Below are positions 18,652 to 28,570 of a stretch of DNA of 64,000 nt, piece after piece. The notes under the pieces are model-generated. The model had not been told where the DNA came from and did not search any database. It saw only the letters and a list, made by a program, of their open reading frames with translations. Position 1 is the first letter of the stretch, and each line of letters starts with the position of its first letter. Source of the DNA: Syntrophorhabdaceae bacterium (lineage in GTDB: Bacteria; Desulfobacterota; Syntrophorhabdia; Syntrophorhabdales; Syntrophorhabdaceae); contig OY762209.1 in assembly GCA_963665295.1 (NCBI GenBank), positions 736,001 through 800,000 on the forward strand, in the 5' to 3' direction. A program made the position numbers and the translations under genes.

Positions 18652-19411
18652 TTGCCGCTCTGCCGTTTCAAAGGCGCGAGAGATTATTGGAGCACTGTTT
18701 ATCGAAGAACCTAAGGACATCGATATCGTTGCTATCGCCGCCGAAAGAGGCGCCTTCGTAAGGGAGGACCTCTTAGGCGGCGCTGATGGTCGATTAACCG
18801 TTTTTGGAACAAACGGTATCATCACCGTAAAAGCAGACATCCCCGAACAAGGGAAGAAACGGTTTGTGGTGGCTCACGAACTGGGGCATTTTGAGTTGCA
18901 CCGTGAAAACTTTGCGACCGTAAACTGCACAGAGATAGACTTTTATCAGTGGAGCAAGAACAAACCCATTGAGGTAGAAGCTAATCATTTCGCAAGCGAA
19001 GTCTTGATGCCTGAGCCGATCTTCAAAAGTAAGATAAGAAAAAAGAAGCTCTCGAAAGACCTCCTGCTTTCTTTGGCAAACGAATTTCAAACCTCTCTGA
19101 CTGCCACAGCTATCCGTTACCTTGCTTTTGGAACAGAGTACGCACTCGTAGTGTCAAAAGACTCACGAATCACTTGGTTCATAAAAGGTCGTGACTTTCC
19201 TTTCTTTATAAACACCATCGGCAACGTTCACCCCGAATCTCTTGCGTATGAGTTCTTTAAAGGAAGAGATCTTCCAGATGATTTCTTTTCAGTTTCTGCA
19301 ATAGGCTGGGTCGATAATCCTCGGATGAAGAACAGGGAGATACTGGAGCTCGCCATACCGTTACCAAGCTATAATGAAGTTTTGAGCTTCCTTTACGGAA
19401 CGTGTCAATGA
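18632..19411 (+). CDS. ImmA/IrrE (CapP-like) metallopeptidase; last 7 residues replaced by IS sequence
   Basis: 'RFVVAHELGHF', 'EVEANHFASEVLMP', 'FQTSLTATAIR'. Removing the IS restores ...FLYVDPDDSD* (stop at 20930-20932). Confidence 0.88.
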   Translation: MITREANCRSAVSKAREIIGALFIEEPKDIDIVAIAAERGAFVREDLLGGADGRLTVFGTNGIITVKADIPEQGKKRFVVAHELGHFELHRENFATVNCTEIDFYQWSKNKPIEVEANHFASEVLMPEPIFKSKIRKKKLSKDLLLSLANEFQTSLTATAIRYLAFGTEYALVVSKDSRITWFIKGRDFPFFINTIGNVHPESLAYEFFKGRDLPDDFFSVSAIGWVDNPRMKNREILELAIPLPSYNEVLSFLYGTCQ

Positions 19412-19435
19412 AAATGAGACACTTCCATCAGATAT

Positions 19436-20434
19436 TTAGTGTACCCCGCCATCGCTCGTTGATAATGGCTTATTGATCCAGACGGCGTCAGGCAGTGACG
19501 CCGGTTTCGGCATCCTCCCCTTGAACCGTTCCGGATGTTTTTCATACGCAGCCCGCAGTACGTCCGTACGACCTTCAATGATCCTCAACGCTCTTCCATA
19601 ATGGACGTCCTCGGGGGTGAGAAGACCTATCCCCGAATGGTAATGCTCGGTATTGTACCAGGGGAAGAATGTCTGGCAAAAGGCCCGGGCATCCTCAATG
19701 GAGCCGAACCTTTGAGGGAACTCGGGCCGGTACTTCATGGTCTTGAACTGAGATTCGGAATAGGGGTTGTCATTACTGACCGAAGGCCTCGAATGGCTCT
19801 TGGTGACCCCGAGATCGGCCATGAGCAGGGCGACGGGTTTCGACGTCATACTCGACCCCCTGTCCGCATGGATCAGGAGCTTACCGGGCTCTATCATTTG
19901 CTTCTCGCAGGTCTCCGCGATCAGTTTGCGAGCAAGGGCGGCAAGTTCCCTGTGGGCCACCATCCACCCCACCACATAGCGGCTGTAGATGTCGAGGATC
20001 ACATAGAGGTAGTAGTAGGTCCATTTTACGGAACCCTTGAGCTTCGTGATATCCCAGCTCCACGCCTCGTTGGGCGCCTTCGCGAGGATCTCCGGTTTTG
20101 CGTACCGGGGACGGGAGACCTGCCTCCTCCTTTCTTTCAGCTCACCTTCTTCTTCAAGGATCCGGTACATGGTGCGCACTGAACAGAGATAGCTCTTCTC
20201 GTCCAGGAGGGCCGCGTAGATTTCCCGGGGTGCTTTATCGATGAAGCGGTCCGAATGAAGGATATCAAGTACATCGTTCCGTTCCCCGAAGGAGAGGGCC
20301 AAGGGAGAGAGACGGTTCAAAGGTTCCTTCTCTTTCGGATGCTGCCACCGGTAAAAGCCCGCACGGGATACGTCGAGGGCGTTGCAGGCAGGGCGGATAC
20401 CCACTTCATGGGCAAGCGATTGCGTGATGTTCAT
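19436..20434 (-). CDS. IS3-family transposase OrfB (rve/DDE)
   Basis: WSWDIT, ILDIYSRYVVGW, HADRGS, DNPYSESQFKT. Confidence 0.93.
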   Translation of the reverse strand: MNITQSLAHEVGIRPACNALDVSRAGFYRWQHPKEKEPLNRLSPLALSFGERNDVLDILHSDRFIDKAPREIYAALLDEKSYLCSVRTMYRILEEEGELKERRRQVSRPRYAKPEILAKAPNEAWSWDITKLKGSVKWTYYYLYVILDIYSRYVVGWMVAHRELAALARKLIAETCEKQMIEPGKLLIHADRGSSMTSKPVALLMADLGVTKSHSRPSVSNDNPYSESQFKTMKYRPEFPQRFGSIEDARAFCQTFFPWYNTEHYHSGIGLLTPEDVHYGRALRIIEGRTDVLRAAYEKHPERFKGRMPKPASLPDAVWINKPLSTSDGGVH

Positions 20435-20829
20435 GACTTCTCCTCGCTCGACCCCTTGAGCAGCTCGGCCACTTTTTTTTGGACCTCGATAATGAGCTCC
20501 GCCTGTTTCAGTTTATGGGTGAGCCTCGTGTTCTCCTTTTCCAGTTCGATGGTGCGACGGATAAGGGGATCAGGCTTTTGTGTGACGGGTCCTCTCTTTT
20601 TCGGGATGAGGCCCTGGTGAACCTGACGCCGCCATGAGGTGAGGCTCGATGAATAAAGTCCCTCTCTGCGCAGAAGCGCCCCTATCTCACCCTTCCCGGT
20701 ACAGTTCTCCACCTCCTTGAGGATACGGAGCTTGTACGCCGCGGTGAATTTCCGGCGAACTGCCTTTTCCGGTACTTCCGGATCGGGGACTACCCTTGGT
20801 GATGCCATGACTGATTTCTTTTCTTCCAC
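20431..20829 (-). CDS. IS3-family OrfA (HTH)
   Basis: 'RRKFTAAYKLRIL', 'LRREGLYSSSLTSWRR'; A8 slippery run near the 3' end. Confidence 0.88.
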   Translation of the reverse strand: MEEKKSVMASPRVVPDPEVPEKAVRRKFTAAYKLRILKEVENCTGKGEIGALLRREGLYSSSLTSWRRQVHQGLIPKKRGPVTQKPDPLIRRTIELEKENTRLTHKLKQAELIIEVQKKVAELLKGSSEEKS

Positions 20830-20944
20830 GATCGTTCTTTCCTTCCCGCCCCCAAGAGTCTAAACTATTGGGTGGGAAGTGTCTCACTTATATTGGCACG
20901 GAGGGTATGTGGACCCCGATGATTCCGACTGATTTAGTTTTTCC

Positions 20945-21148
20945 CAGTAGGGTAGTAGGATCATTCCCCGACGGGAACTCGGCGCTTATGCTCGTGGCGG
21001 CCCGCTTACGACACATCGCAGGGACCAAATGGGGAATGAGCCAGTACCTGAAGATGGACCGCCTTAAAGGCGATACCGCTGAAGGGATACAGATATAACC
21101 GGATGGATGGGATTGCCATGAAAAGTGCGAAAAAGTATTGACAGTATC
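20945..21148 (+). pseudogene. IS256-family 3' remnant with its terminal IR
   Basis: 'RVVGSFPDGNSALMLVAARLRHIAGTKWG' resembles an IS256 transposase C-terminus; followed by the IR-like AAAGTGCGAAAAAGTATTGACAGTATC. Confidence 0.75.
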
Positions 21149-21482
21149 ACCTTCATTAATAGACCTGCGGTGCAGCTTGTAGCTGGCCGACATCGCAGAC
21201 TACATTCCCCTCGTCGGAGGGCTTCCCGTTATTCCAACCTTGCCCCACTCGTTCATTGTCCTCCCTTTCTATTCTATATTCAAGCCCATGAATGCGAGAC
21301 GACATCACGAAATGCGGTTTGGAAGCAATCATCCTCGCGAAGGCACCAGATAGCATTTCAAGAAATTGGAGGCAGGTCTCTTTCCATGAGGTATCTGCCA
21401 TTTACGGTCTCCATCGCCGTTTACGTGTTTCAGCGCAACGAAGCCAACAACATCCGGGTCTCTCGTTGGCACCACCCTACCT

Positions 21483-22271
21483 TCAAATAGTGGGCACCGG
21501 AATACGACTGAGGGGAATATTCATGGCTCCGTTTGTACAATATCCTTTTTCGGAGATTTCCTTGAGTCTCAGCGTCGACTCTTTGTCGCAAAGTCGAATA
21601 AGATAATTGAGGAGGTTATCTTGTGAACTATCGCCCTTGCCATACACAATAATGCAGTTTGATGGAAGATATGTGTCTCTGAAAATGGGCAGTGTCCTGC
21701 TATTATAATGGCCATGGTTATCAAGATCGTGGTCTGACACGAGGCAGACTGTTCGTGCAACGTTTCGCCTGTCCCGGTTAAGGCTTTCTATAATACACAG
21801 CCATCCATATTTTTCTGGAGGAATCTCCTGAGGGCAATTTCGAAAAAGAGAGGCCCCGCTCTGTGGGAATTCGACGTTATAGATGGATGGGTCCGATGTA
21901 GGTCGGACTTGACACTGGACTATTCCGCTCGCTGACACCAAATCACCACGGACTTCCTTTGTATTCGTATCTACGCCTATGATCAAGTCGAACGAGGACA
22001 AATATAGCATGAGATCGGCCTCGTTAGGGATAACCTGATCGTGTATGCGGGTGAGAACCTTTTCCTTTCCTGATTGGCCGATATAGTGCGTTTGAGAGAA
22101 AAGCACGGCAGGCTTGACCGTGCTATCGTCATAGGCAATGCCACCCTCAATCGTCATCTTCTCGCGGTCGTAATGGAAGGCTTTTATGGGCACAGGATAT
22201 CCGACTATGGCAGTGTGTAGCCTTGGTTTCTTGGCGGGATTGCGGTTCTTGTGTTTCTTGCTTCGCCCCAT
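21483..22271 (-). CDS. Hypothetical protein (262 aa)
   Basis: Long low-GC ORF with an AGGGG RBS; no family recognised. Confidence 0.6.
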   Translation of the reverse strand: MGRSKKHKNRNPAKKPRLHTAIVGYPVPIKAFHYDREKMTIEGGIAYDDSTVKPAVLFSQTHYIGQSGKEKVLTRIHDQVIPNEADLMLYLSSFDLIIGVDTNTKEVRGDLVSASGIVQCQVRPTSDPSIYNVEFPQSGASLFRNCPQEIPPEKYGWLCIIESLNRDRRNVARTVCLVSDHDLDNHGHYNSRTLPIFRDTYLPSNCIIVYGKGDSSQDNLLNYLIRLCDKESTLRLKEISEKGYCTNGAMNIPLSRIPVPTI

Positions 22272-22303
22272 GCAAGCACCCCTTGTTTGTCTTGGTCATA
22301 AAC

Positions 22304-24185
22304 TCAGCGAGCGGTTCCACTGGCTTGTTGTGCCATCAACTTGCATAAATACGGGATCATCTGACCTAGTGTCACGTCACTCATCTAATGTCGGATAAAG
22401 TCGCCTAAGTTTCACCCGCGCATCCTTAGTAGTAAATTGCCAGTTCACCTTTGCGTTGAGATTGTCGCGATGGGCCTGCCAGGCAGACACGGCGGAGTGG
22501 ACCTCGGCGAGAGTGTCGATCCGGCGACTCAGGCATTGATGAATGAGCACGTTAAGCTCAATCTCCGCCATATTGAGCCAGCTTCCATGTTTGGGAGTAT
22601 AGACGAATTCAAAGCGGTCCCAGATGCGTTTGGCCTCTTCGGGAGAAAAGGCTTCATAAAGAGAGCCGGGTTTATGGGTGTTCAGGTTATCCATGACAAG
22701 GGTGATCCTTTTGGCCTTTCCATACCGTCCTGAAAGTTCCCGGATGAACTCCGCCCAGTCGCGCTTCGTTCTCCTTTCCGATACCTTGGTCAGGCGCGTG
22801 CCCGCCAATGGTTCGTTGGCCATAAATACGGTACAGACGCCACATCGCTCGTATTCGTAGTCGTGACGCTCGAGCCGTCCCGGAGCGCGGGGAATCGGGG
22901 TACGCGTTTCTTTGATCAGTTGTCTTGGGGTTTCATCCATACAGACCACCGGGAATCTTTTATCATACGGGCGTTTATATACATCGAGTACGTTCTCCAT
23001 GGCGGCGACGAAATCAGCATTGCCCTCCGGTGGAATGACCCATCCTTGCTGCTTCCAGGGTTTTGTTTCGTTTTTTTAAAACCCGACGCACGGTTTCATA
23101 GGAGATATTCTCGATATAATTGAGCGCTACGGCCCGGTTCGCGAGCATACGCAAGGTCCACCTCGCAAAACCTTCTGGTGGTTCGCTACAGCTCAAGGCA
23201 ATGAGGTGGGCCTCGAAATCGCCATCCGCCTTCTTCTCGTAGACTCGCTCTGCTTTGTGTCCGGTAAGGGCAGTCTCAAGTCCTTCTTCCACGAATCGCT
23301 TTTTTACTCTATCTATCTTACGCATGCTGATTCGCAACACTGCCGATATATCCTCGTTCTTCATCGGGTGGTCCTGGAACCGGCCCTGATCGCAATTGAG
23401 AAGAACCAGCGCATTGAGCACCTTTTGGGCTTTATGATTTCCTTTTTGCACCACGCCTTCAAGTTCCTTTCGCTCTTCTTTTTCGAGCACCACCCTATAT
23501 TTTATCATTCGGACCTCCCCATGGTGAAATTTAACCCTTGAGGAGATTCTATATCATACTATACGACATTACAAGTGTGATGTGACACTAGAAACACATT
23601 CAAGTTCTTATCAATATACTCCGTTCTCGATTTGTATTCCTTGGCCAATCGCATGCCCTGTCTACTTGCGGCTTTGAAAGCTCTTTGCATAGCTGCAGCG
23701 TTTTCTTCAAGGTCCCACCATATGTCTTCGATATCTACCCACTGGTATCCGTCGTTGAATGCTAACCTGATGAAGGTTTTGTGTGTATTTATATGTCGAA
23801 GTTCAGTATCGTCATTCAGTACTCTTAGGACGCGCTTCAACGGAGTAATGGAAACGTTTACCGTTTTGCGCAAAGAAGCCAATGCTTTCTGCTGTTGGCT
23901 GGGATCCCTCAACATTCTCTTTGTCGTTTTGCTAACCTCTCCGGATAATGACGCGAGAAACGAGAATAATCTCTCTGCAAGCTCGTAAGACGACGTATGG
24001 TAATTTTGGAGCTGGTAGTGCAGACGTAGAATGGAATGCAAGTCCTTCAAATTGCTCATACCTCTTTCGAACTCACTTACGGAGAATTTGAGCCGTATGA
24101 GGGCATGGCCCAACTCCCCCCAATGAGCCATTACCCCTTCCTCAGGCTGTATTTCACGGTAATGGACTTTCAGAATATGAGGCAT
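22304..24185 (-). pseudogene. HEPN-like protein interrupted near its C-terminus by IS630
   Basis: RHINTH (R-x4-H) motif. Removing the IS at CTAG restores ...NVFLGQMIPYLCKLMAQQASGTAR* ending at 22304. Confidence 0.5.
22369..23588 (-). mobile_element. IS630-family element, copy A (1220 bp)
   Basis: IRs GTGTCACGTCAC / GTGATGTGACAC; TA duplicated in a CTAG target; orfA 23014-23508 and orfB 22377-23000 joined by a TTTAAAAAAAC frameshift site; 'VMDNLNTH', 'TPKHGSWLNMAE'. Confidence 0.95.
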
Positions 24186-24258
24186 GTCAACGTTCTCGAT
24201 CAAGATTAATATTCATTGTGCCATTGAATGCGGTATATCAAATATTCCACCCAACGTT

Positions 24259-25113
24259 TCAGGTATGACGTGGTTCAATTCCTATGCCCTTTTTAGTGAG
24301 TAGCGTTTTGCTCTTGTTGAAGTAATATACTGCTTTATCAAAGGCTTCACCGGGGAATAAATAGTCTCTGCTGAGAAAGGCGCCATTGGACCATAATTTA
24401 AGGAGATCCCTCTGTACAACGATTGTTGCCAACCTCAGGTGCTCAAAAGACCTGCCATTGGACAACGGGTCTGCAAGGCGCATAGAGAATCCTTGTTGTA
24501 AGTGCGGTCTAAGCCAGTCAGCTGGCTTTAGTCTTAGATCTTTGACTATGGCGATGCCAGCAACGCTACGAGGATAGGCTATTAAATAGAGGAATCCCGT
24601 ACTGTCTTCAATGCTGGAACCATCGAATGCATTATTGCTATCATGATACGCAAACCACAATGCTGTTTGAATGTGGTCGACCACGTCTATCCAACGGGTT
24701 TTTAGGCCGTAATGCTGGGCAAGGGCCTCTCGCTCTTCATCCGTGCCAATAGGATCAAAGGTGGGCGCAATAGCGTTGATTACATCGTTGATCCATGTTT
24801 GGTTGGCGTTAATCTGTAAATGTGTTTTGCACCCACGATATAATGAAGGAATAAGTGGATGATTTTTTGTCTGGCCTCTTAGCAGAAAATCCGTGTCCAT
24901 CGTATGCAAGTGGTACTTGAGGCTTCCTATAGCCAACATCAGACCCCTATAATCATAGATGTTTAGGACCGCCCTCTCGGTAGACCGATTGGAGTAATTA
25001 CCCCAATTTCGCTTCACCAGTTCGGTTACTATGGTTTTGTCGATTATGCCTTTGATTCTCCGTTTCTGTGACGCTGAAAGCCAAGGCAGCTCAGCAGTGG
25101 GCATTACGGACAC
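24259..25113 (-). CDS. FRG-domain protein
   Basis: 'LLRGQ....LIPSLYR', 'LAQHYGLKTRWID', 'ALWFA', 'RPHLQQG'. Confidence 0.85.
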   Translation of the reverse strand: MSVMPTAELPWLSASQKRRIKGIIDKTIVTELVKRNWGNYSNRSTERAVLNIYDYRGLMLAIGSLKYHLHTMDTDFLLRGQTKNHPLIPSLYRGCKTHLQINANQTWINDVINAIAPTFDPIGTDEEREALAQHYGLKTRWIDVVDHIQTALWFAYHDSNNAFDGSSIEDSTGFLYLIAYPRSVAGIAIVKDLRLKPADWLRPHLQQGFSMRLADPLSNGRSFEHLRLATIVVQRDLLKLWSNGAFLSRDYLFPGEAFDKAVYYFNKSKTLLTKKGIGIEPRHT

Positions 25114-25457
25114 TCATCAAATTATCCATTCTTCGCCTTCACGATGGGATGAAGTATCTACTGCATTTAAAACATATTCTGTCCCGAGTGCTTTGAAAAT
25201 GCAAGAGGAATTCTTTGGATCGTGCCAACAAATACCGTCTGAAAGCGAGCTTCACCTATTGAGGGCTAAAAACCCAACTTCAGGGAGTAAGTCACCGAAA
25301 TATGCCTGGCCAGAGTTCTGTACCACAAAACATGATACCCCTTGCGTCCCAAAATTCAGTTCAAGTTATTAATTCTATTTTCTTTTCCTCCTCACAAATG
25401 ATACATTTAAACTTGATCTTGAAGGGGGAGATTCATAATGCGTATCCAGGGGGTAAT

Positions 25458-25658
25458 ATGGCACAGCCGAGAGTTTCCACGCACAGCAAGCACGTCACGG
25501 TACGGCTCACCGAAAAGGAATTAGCTCTCATGGAGAAATACTGCGCCGAAAATGATCTGACCGGAAGCGAATACCTGAGAACCCTCTTGCGCATTCATCT
25601 TGGAATTGCCGAAGACATGCGCATCGTTGCCAAGCTGAAACCTCGTCCAAAAGAATAA
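25458..25658 (+). CDS. Ribbon-helix-helix (CopG/MobC-like) regulator
   Basis: 'HVTVRLTEKELALM...CA....SEYLR'; AGGGGG RBS before the ATG at 25458. Confidence 0.75.
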   Translation: MAQPRVSTHSKHVTVRLTEKELALMEKYCAENDLTGSEYLRTLLRIHLGIAEDMRIVAKLKPRPKE

Positions 25659-25748
25659 TTAAATTAAGACTATAAATCCTTAGTCATGGGTTTGTCTTCC
25701 ATAGAAGATTTCTTTTTATTCTCATGCTTATAAGCGTATTATCTATGT

Positions 25749-25832
25749 ATACAATAATTGTACTACATTAAGTAGTACCAACATACCATGCGTAATTTTT
25801 TTCTTGACATCTTTTTCTTATTCAAGTACAGT
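25749..25832 (+). promoter_or_regulatory. Transfer-operon promoter with upstream palindromic operators
   Basis: TTGACA (25804-25809), N17, TACAGT (25827-25832); GTACTAC-N5-GTAGTAC (25760-25778) and TACAAT-A-ATTGTA upstream. Confidence 0.65.
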
Positions 25833-25897
25833 TTGCTCAGCTAGACGATCCGCACCAAGAGACGCAAGTGCTTTTCCGTCACCTGAAGGGGGATGAT

Positions 25898-26422
25898 GTG
25901 ATAAGCCTGGTATCGAAACGACAACGTAACATTCTGCTCACCATGACCGCAGGGGTGGCATTGACGCTCCTGTCGGCACCGGTAAGCAAGCTCCCCAAAT
26001 CCTATTACCTGAATATAAGTCCGAGTGTGCCCCTTGGCATCTATAGGTTGACCTCACCCGTCAATCTTACTGCAGGAGACCTGGTCATCTTTGACCCGCC
26101 TCAAGAGGCACACCCTTATCTCTACGGTCGCCGTTGGCTCCCCGAGGGCTGGCCCCTCATCAAGTATATTGGAGCACTCCAGGGGGACACATACTCCCTG
26201 AAAAATGACTCTTTCTTTGTTAACAGCAAGTATATCGGCCCGGTCTACGACCAGGACGACGAAGGCAGAATACTCCCCAAAATCATAGGTGCCCACACAG
26301 TTGAGTCGGGGATGTTCCTGCCCGTCTCCCCTTATTCCCGCTCTTTCGACGGAAGATACTTCGGCACGGTTCCAGTTAACTCCATCAAAGGCAAAGCATC
26401 TCCCCTCTGGCTTTATTATTAA
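25898..26422 (+). CDS. traF: TraF-like S26 peptidase (pilin maturation)
   Basis: 'NISPSVPLGIY', 'LIKYIGA..GD', 'SFDGRYFG'; GTG start after AGGGGG. Confidence 0.85.
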   Translation: MISLVSKRQRNILLTMTAGVALTLLSAPVSKLPKSYYLNISPSVPLGIYRLTSPVNLTAGDLVIFDPPQEAHPYLYGRRWLPEGWPLIKYIGALQGDTYSLKNDSFFVNSKYIGPVYDQDDEGRILPKIIGAHTVESGMFLPVSPYSRSFDGRYFGTVPVNSIKGKASPLWLYY

Positions 26423-26431
26423 AGGTAACTC

Positions 26432-27016
26432 ATGCTCCCGGTATTTGTATTGACCGGCGTTATCGGTCTATCTACGCTCTTTGGCACCTGTGGCCCCGAG
26501 GTCCATCCCTCTACTACTCAAGCAATCATTGAAGTAGAGAGCAAGGGCAATCCCCTCGCCATCCACGACAACGACACCGGAGTATCCTATTCCCCTTCCA
26601 CCCGGACTCAGGCCCTGGAGATCGCAACCAGGCTCTTGAGCCGCCGTCATTCCATAGACATCGGCCTCATGCAGGTCAACTCATGGCACTTGAGAAAGAA
26701 AAAGATCGACTGCGAGAGCCTCTTCGACCCCTGCTTCAACATCAGAACCGGGACGGAGATCCTCGCGGCCTTCTACCGTAAACATAGAGAAAAGAGCCCT
26801 TCTGATCCTCCTGATCTTACCCTTCTTAAATCCCTTTCCTCCTATAATACCGGCACTCCATATAAAGGCACCCGCTACATCACGAAGATCCTCAAGAAAG
26901 CCCGCTCCGCAGACCACGTACCCACCGCTCAAAATACCCGTCTCGTCTCAACCCGCACAATTCCATGTCAGCTGCACAATGCAATCACCTATTACCGTAA
27001 GGAGAGTGCCAAATGA
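26432..27016 (+). CDS. VirB1-like lytic transglycosylase
   Basis: 'AIIEVESKGNPLAI', 'DIGLMQVN', 'FDPCFNI', 'SSYNTG'. Confidence 0.88.
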   Translation: MLPVFVLTGVIGLSTLFGTCGPEVHPSTTQAIIEVESKGNPLAIHDNDTGVSYSPSTRTQALEIATRLLSRRHSIDIGLMQVNSWHLRKKKIDCESLFDPCFNIRTGTEILAAFYRKHREKSPSDPPDLTLLKSLSSYNTGTPYKGTRYITKILKKARSADHVPTAQNTRLVSTRTIPCQLHNAITYYRKESAK

Positions 27017-27978
27017 GCCATGACAATGTCCGGGATCTTCACACGGACACCCACATCCGCCGTCTTTTACAGATGCTTGGTACCGCCCTCGGGTCTCACA
27101 TCACTACCCTTCTCCAAGAGCCCTCGGTAGTGGAACTTATGCTCAACCCCGATGGCCATCTCTGGGTGGATCGTCTGGGTACCGGCAGATCGAATACCGG
27201 CTACACGGTAAGTCCCGCCGACGCTCAGCGTGTAATAGAGCTTGTCGCCAGTTCCACGGGATCGGTGTGCAGCGCCGATCAGCCCATGGTTTCGGCGGAA
27301 CTCCCCGGCAGTGGGAACCGTTTCCAGGGGATGCTACCACCCATTACTTCCACTCCTGTTTTCACCATCAGGAAGAAGGCCCTCATAGTCTTCACCCTGG
27401 ATGATTACGCCAAGGACGGCATCATATCTGAGTCCCAGAAAGAGAAGATCATTGAAGCAGTACAGCATAAGCACAACATCTTGATCGTAGGCGGCACAGG
27501 CTCAGGGAAGACCACCCTCGCCAATGCCGTCCTTAATGAAGTCTCGAAGACCCTGGACCGCTGCATCATTATCGAGGATACCTTGGAGCTTCAGTGCACT
27601 GCCCCGGATACCGTGTTCCTGAGATCACGGGACCATGTCTCCATGAACGACCTTTTGAAGGCCACCATGAGGCTGAGACCGGACCGGATCATAGTCGGGG
27701 AAGTGAGAGGCCCCGAGGCCTTAACCCTCCTCAAAGCCTGGAACACGGGCCACCCGGGAGGTGTGGCCACGGTCCATGCCAATAGTGCCAGAGGAGGGCT
27801 TACCCGCCTTGAACAACTCATACAGGAAGCAATACCCACACCGCAGAAGGCGCTTATCGCCGAGGCGGTGAATATCGTCATCTTCATCGAGCGTTACCGT
27901 CACAGTAGACGGGTCAAAGAAATCGTCGAAGTGACGGGCTTCACGGACGGCGAATACGCCATCCGGAATCTACTTTAA
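27013..27978 (+). CDS. trbB: P-type conjugative ATPase TrbB (VirB11)
   Basis: GGTGSGKTT, IIEDTLEL, MRLRPDRIIVGEVRG, KAWNTGHPGG. Confidence 0.93.
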   Translation: MSHDNVRDLHTDTHIRRLLQMLGTALGSHITTLLQEPSVVELMLNPDGHLWVDRLGTGRSNTGYTVSPADAQRVIELVASSTGSVCSADQPMVSAELPGSGNRFQGMLPPITSTPVFTIRKKALIVFTLDDYAKDGIISESQKEKIIEAVQHKHNILIVGGTGSGKTTLANAVLNEVSKTLDRCIIIEDTLELQCTAPDTVFLRSRDHVSMNDLLKATMRLRPDRIIVGEVRGPEALTLLKAWNTGHPGGVATVHANSARGGLTRLEQLIQEAIPTPQKALIAEAVNIVIFIERYRHSRRVKEIVEVTGFTDGEYAIRNLL

Positions 27979-27990
27979 GGAGGTTTTGCT

Positions 27991-28308
27991 ATGAAGCATC
28001 AAACAGTCTTACCGGTTCTGTTGATCCTGGCAGTATTCCTTTTGCTGCCCGCCCTCGCCCACGCGTCAGGTTCCGGTCTCCCGTGGGAGAGCCCGCTTCA
28101 GAAGATTCTTGATTCCATCTCGGGGCCTGTCGCCAAGATCGCCGGTGTCATCGCCATCTGCCTGACCGGCCTTGGCCTTGCCTTCGGGGAAGGAGGAGGG
28201 CTCATGAGAAAGTGCCTGGGTATCGTCTTTGGTTTAAGCATCGCCTTCTCCGCGAGCAGCTTCGGTCTCTCCTTCTTCGGCTTCGCGGGCGGCTGCCTCA
28301 TGAGGTAG
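27991..28308 (+). CDS. trbC: Pilin TrbC (VirB2)
   Basis: Signal peptide 'AHA', 'GLPWESPLQKILDSISGPVAK'. Confidence 0.9.
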   Translation: MKHQTVLPVLLILAVFLLLPALAHASGSGLPWESPLQKILDSISGPVAKIAGVIAICLTGLGLAFGEGGGLMRKCLGIVFGLSIAFSASSFGLSFFGFAGGCLMR

Positions 28309-28311
28309 ACC

Positions 28312-28560
28312 ATGGAAGGACATGAGATTCCACTTCACAGGGCATTGACGGAACAGATCCTCATGGGAGGAGTGCCCCGGCCTATTGCGATTCTCAATGG
28401 AACAATAGGGGCGGCTTTTGGGATAGGACTCCACTCCTTCTATGTGATCCCGTTTTGTCTCTTTGTGCATGTCGCAGCGGTTGTCATGACCAAGCGCGAT
28501 CCCCAGTTCTTCGACTGTTTCAGACGGCATATCAAACAGAAGCCTTACTACGGAACGTAA
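28312..28560 (+). CDS. trbD: TrbD (VirB3)
   Basis: 'PLHRALTE.ILMGGVPR', 'KRDPQF'. Confidence 0.9.
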   Translation: MEGHEIPLHRALTEQILMGGVPRPIAILNGTIGAAFGIGLHSFYVIPFCLFVHVAAVVMTKRDPQFFDCFRRHIKQKPYYGT

Positions 28561-28570
28561 TGGAGGTACT

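Larger units (their letters stand above)
19396..20905 (-). mobile_element. IS3-family-like element, copy 1 (1510 bp)
   Basis: Internal IRs TGTCAATGAAAATGAGACACTTCC / GGAAGTGTCTCACTTATATTGGCA; orfA 20431-20829; DDE orfB 19436-20434; TA duplicated; appears identical to 46759-48268. Confidence 0.92.

Noticed and set aside
21125..21606. Several short ORFs between the IS256 remnant and the 262-aa gene
   Set aside because: No motif or clear RBS; probably degraded DNA
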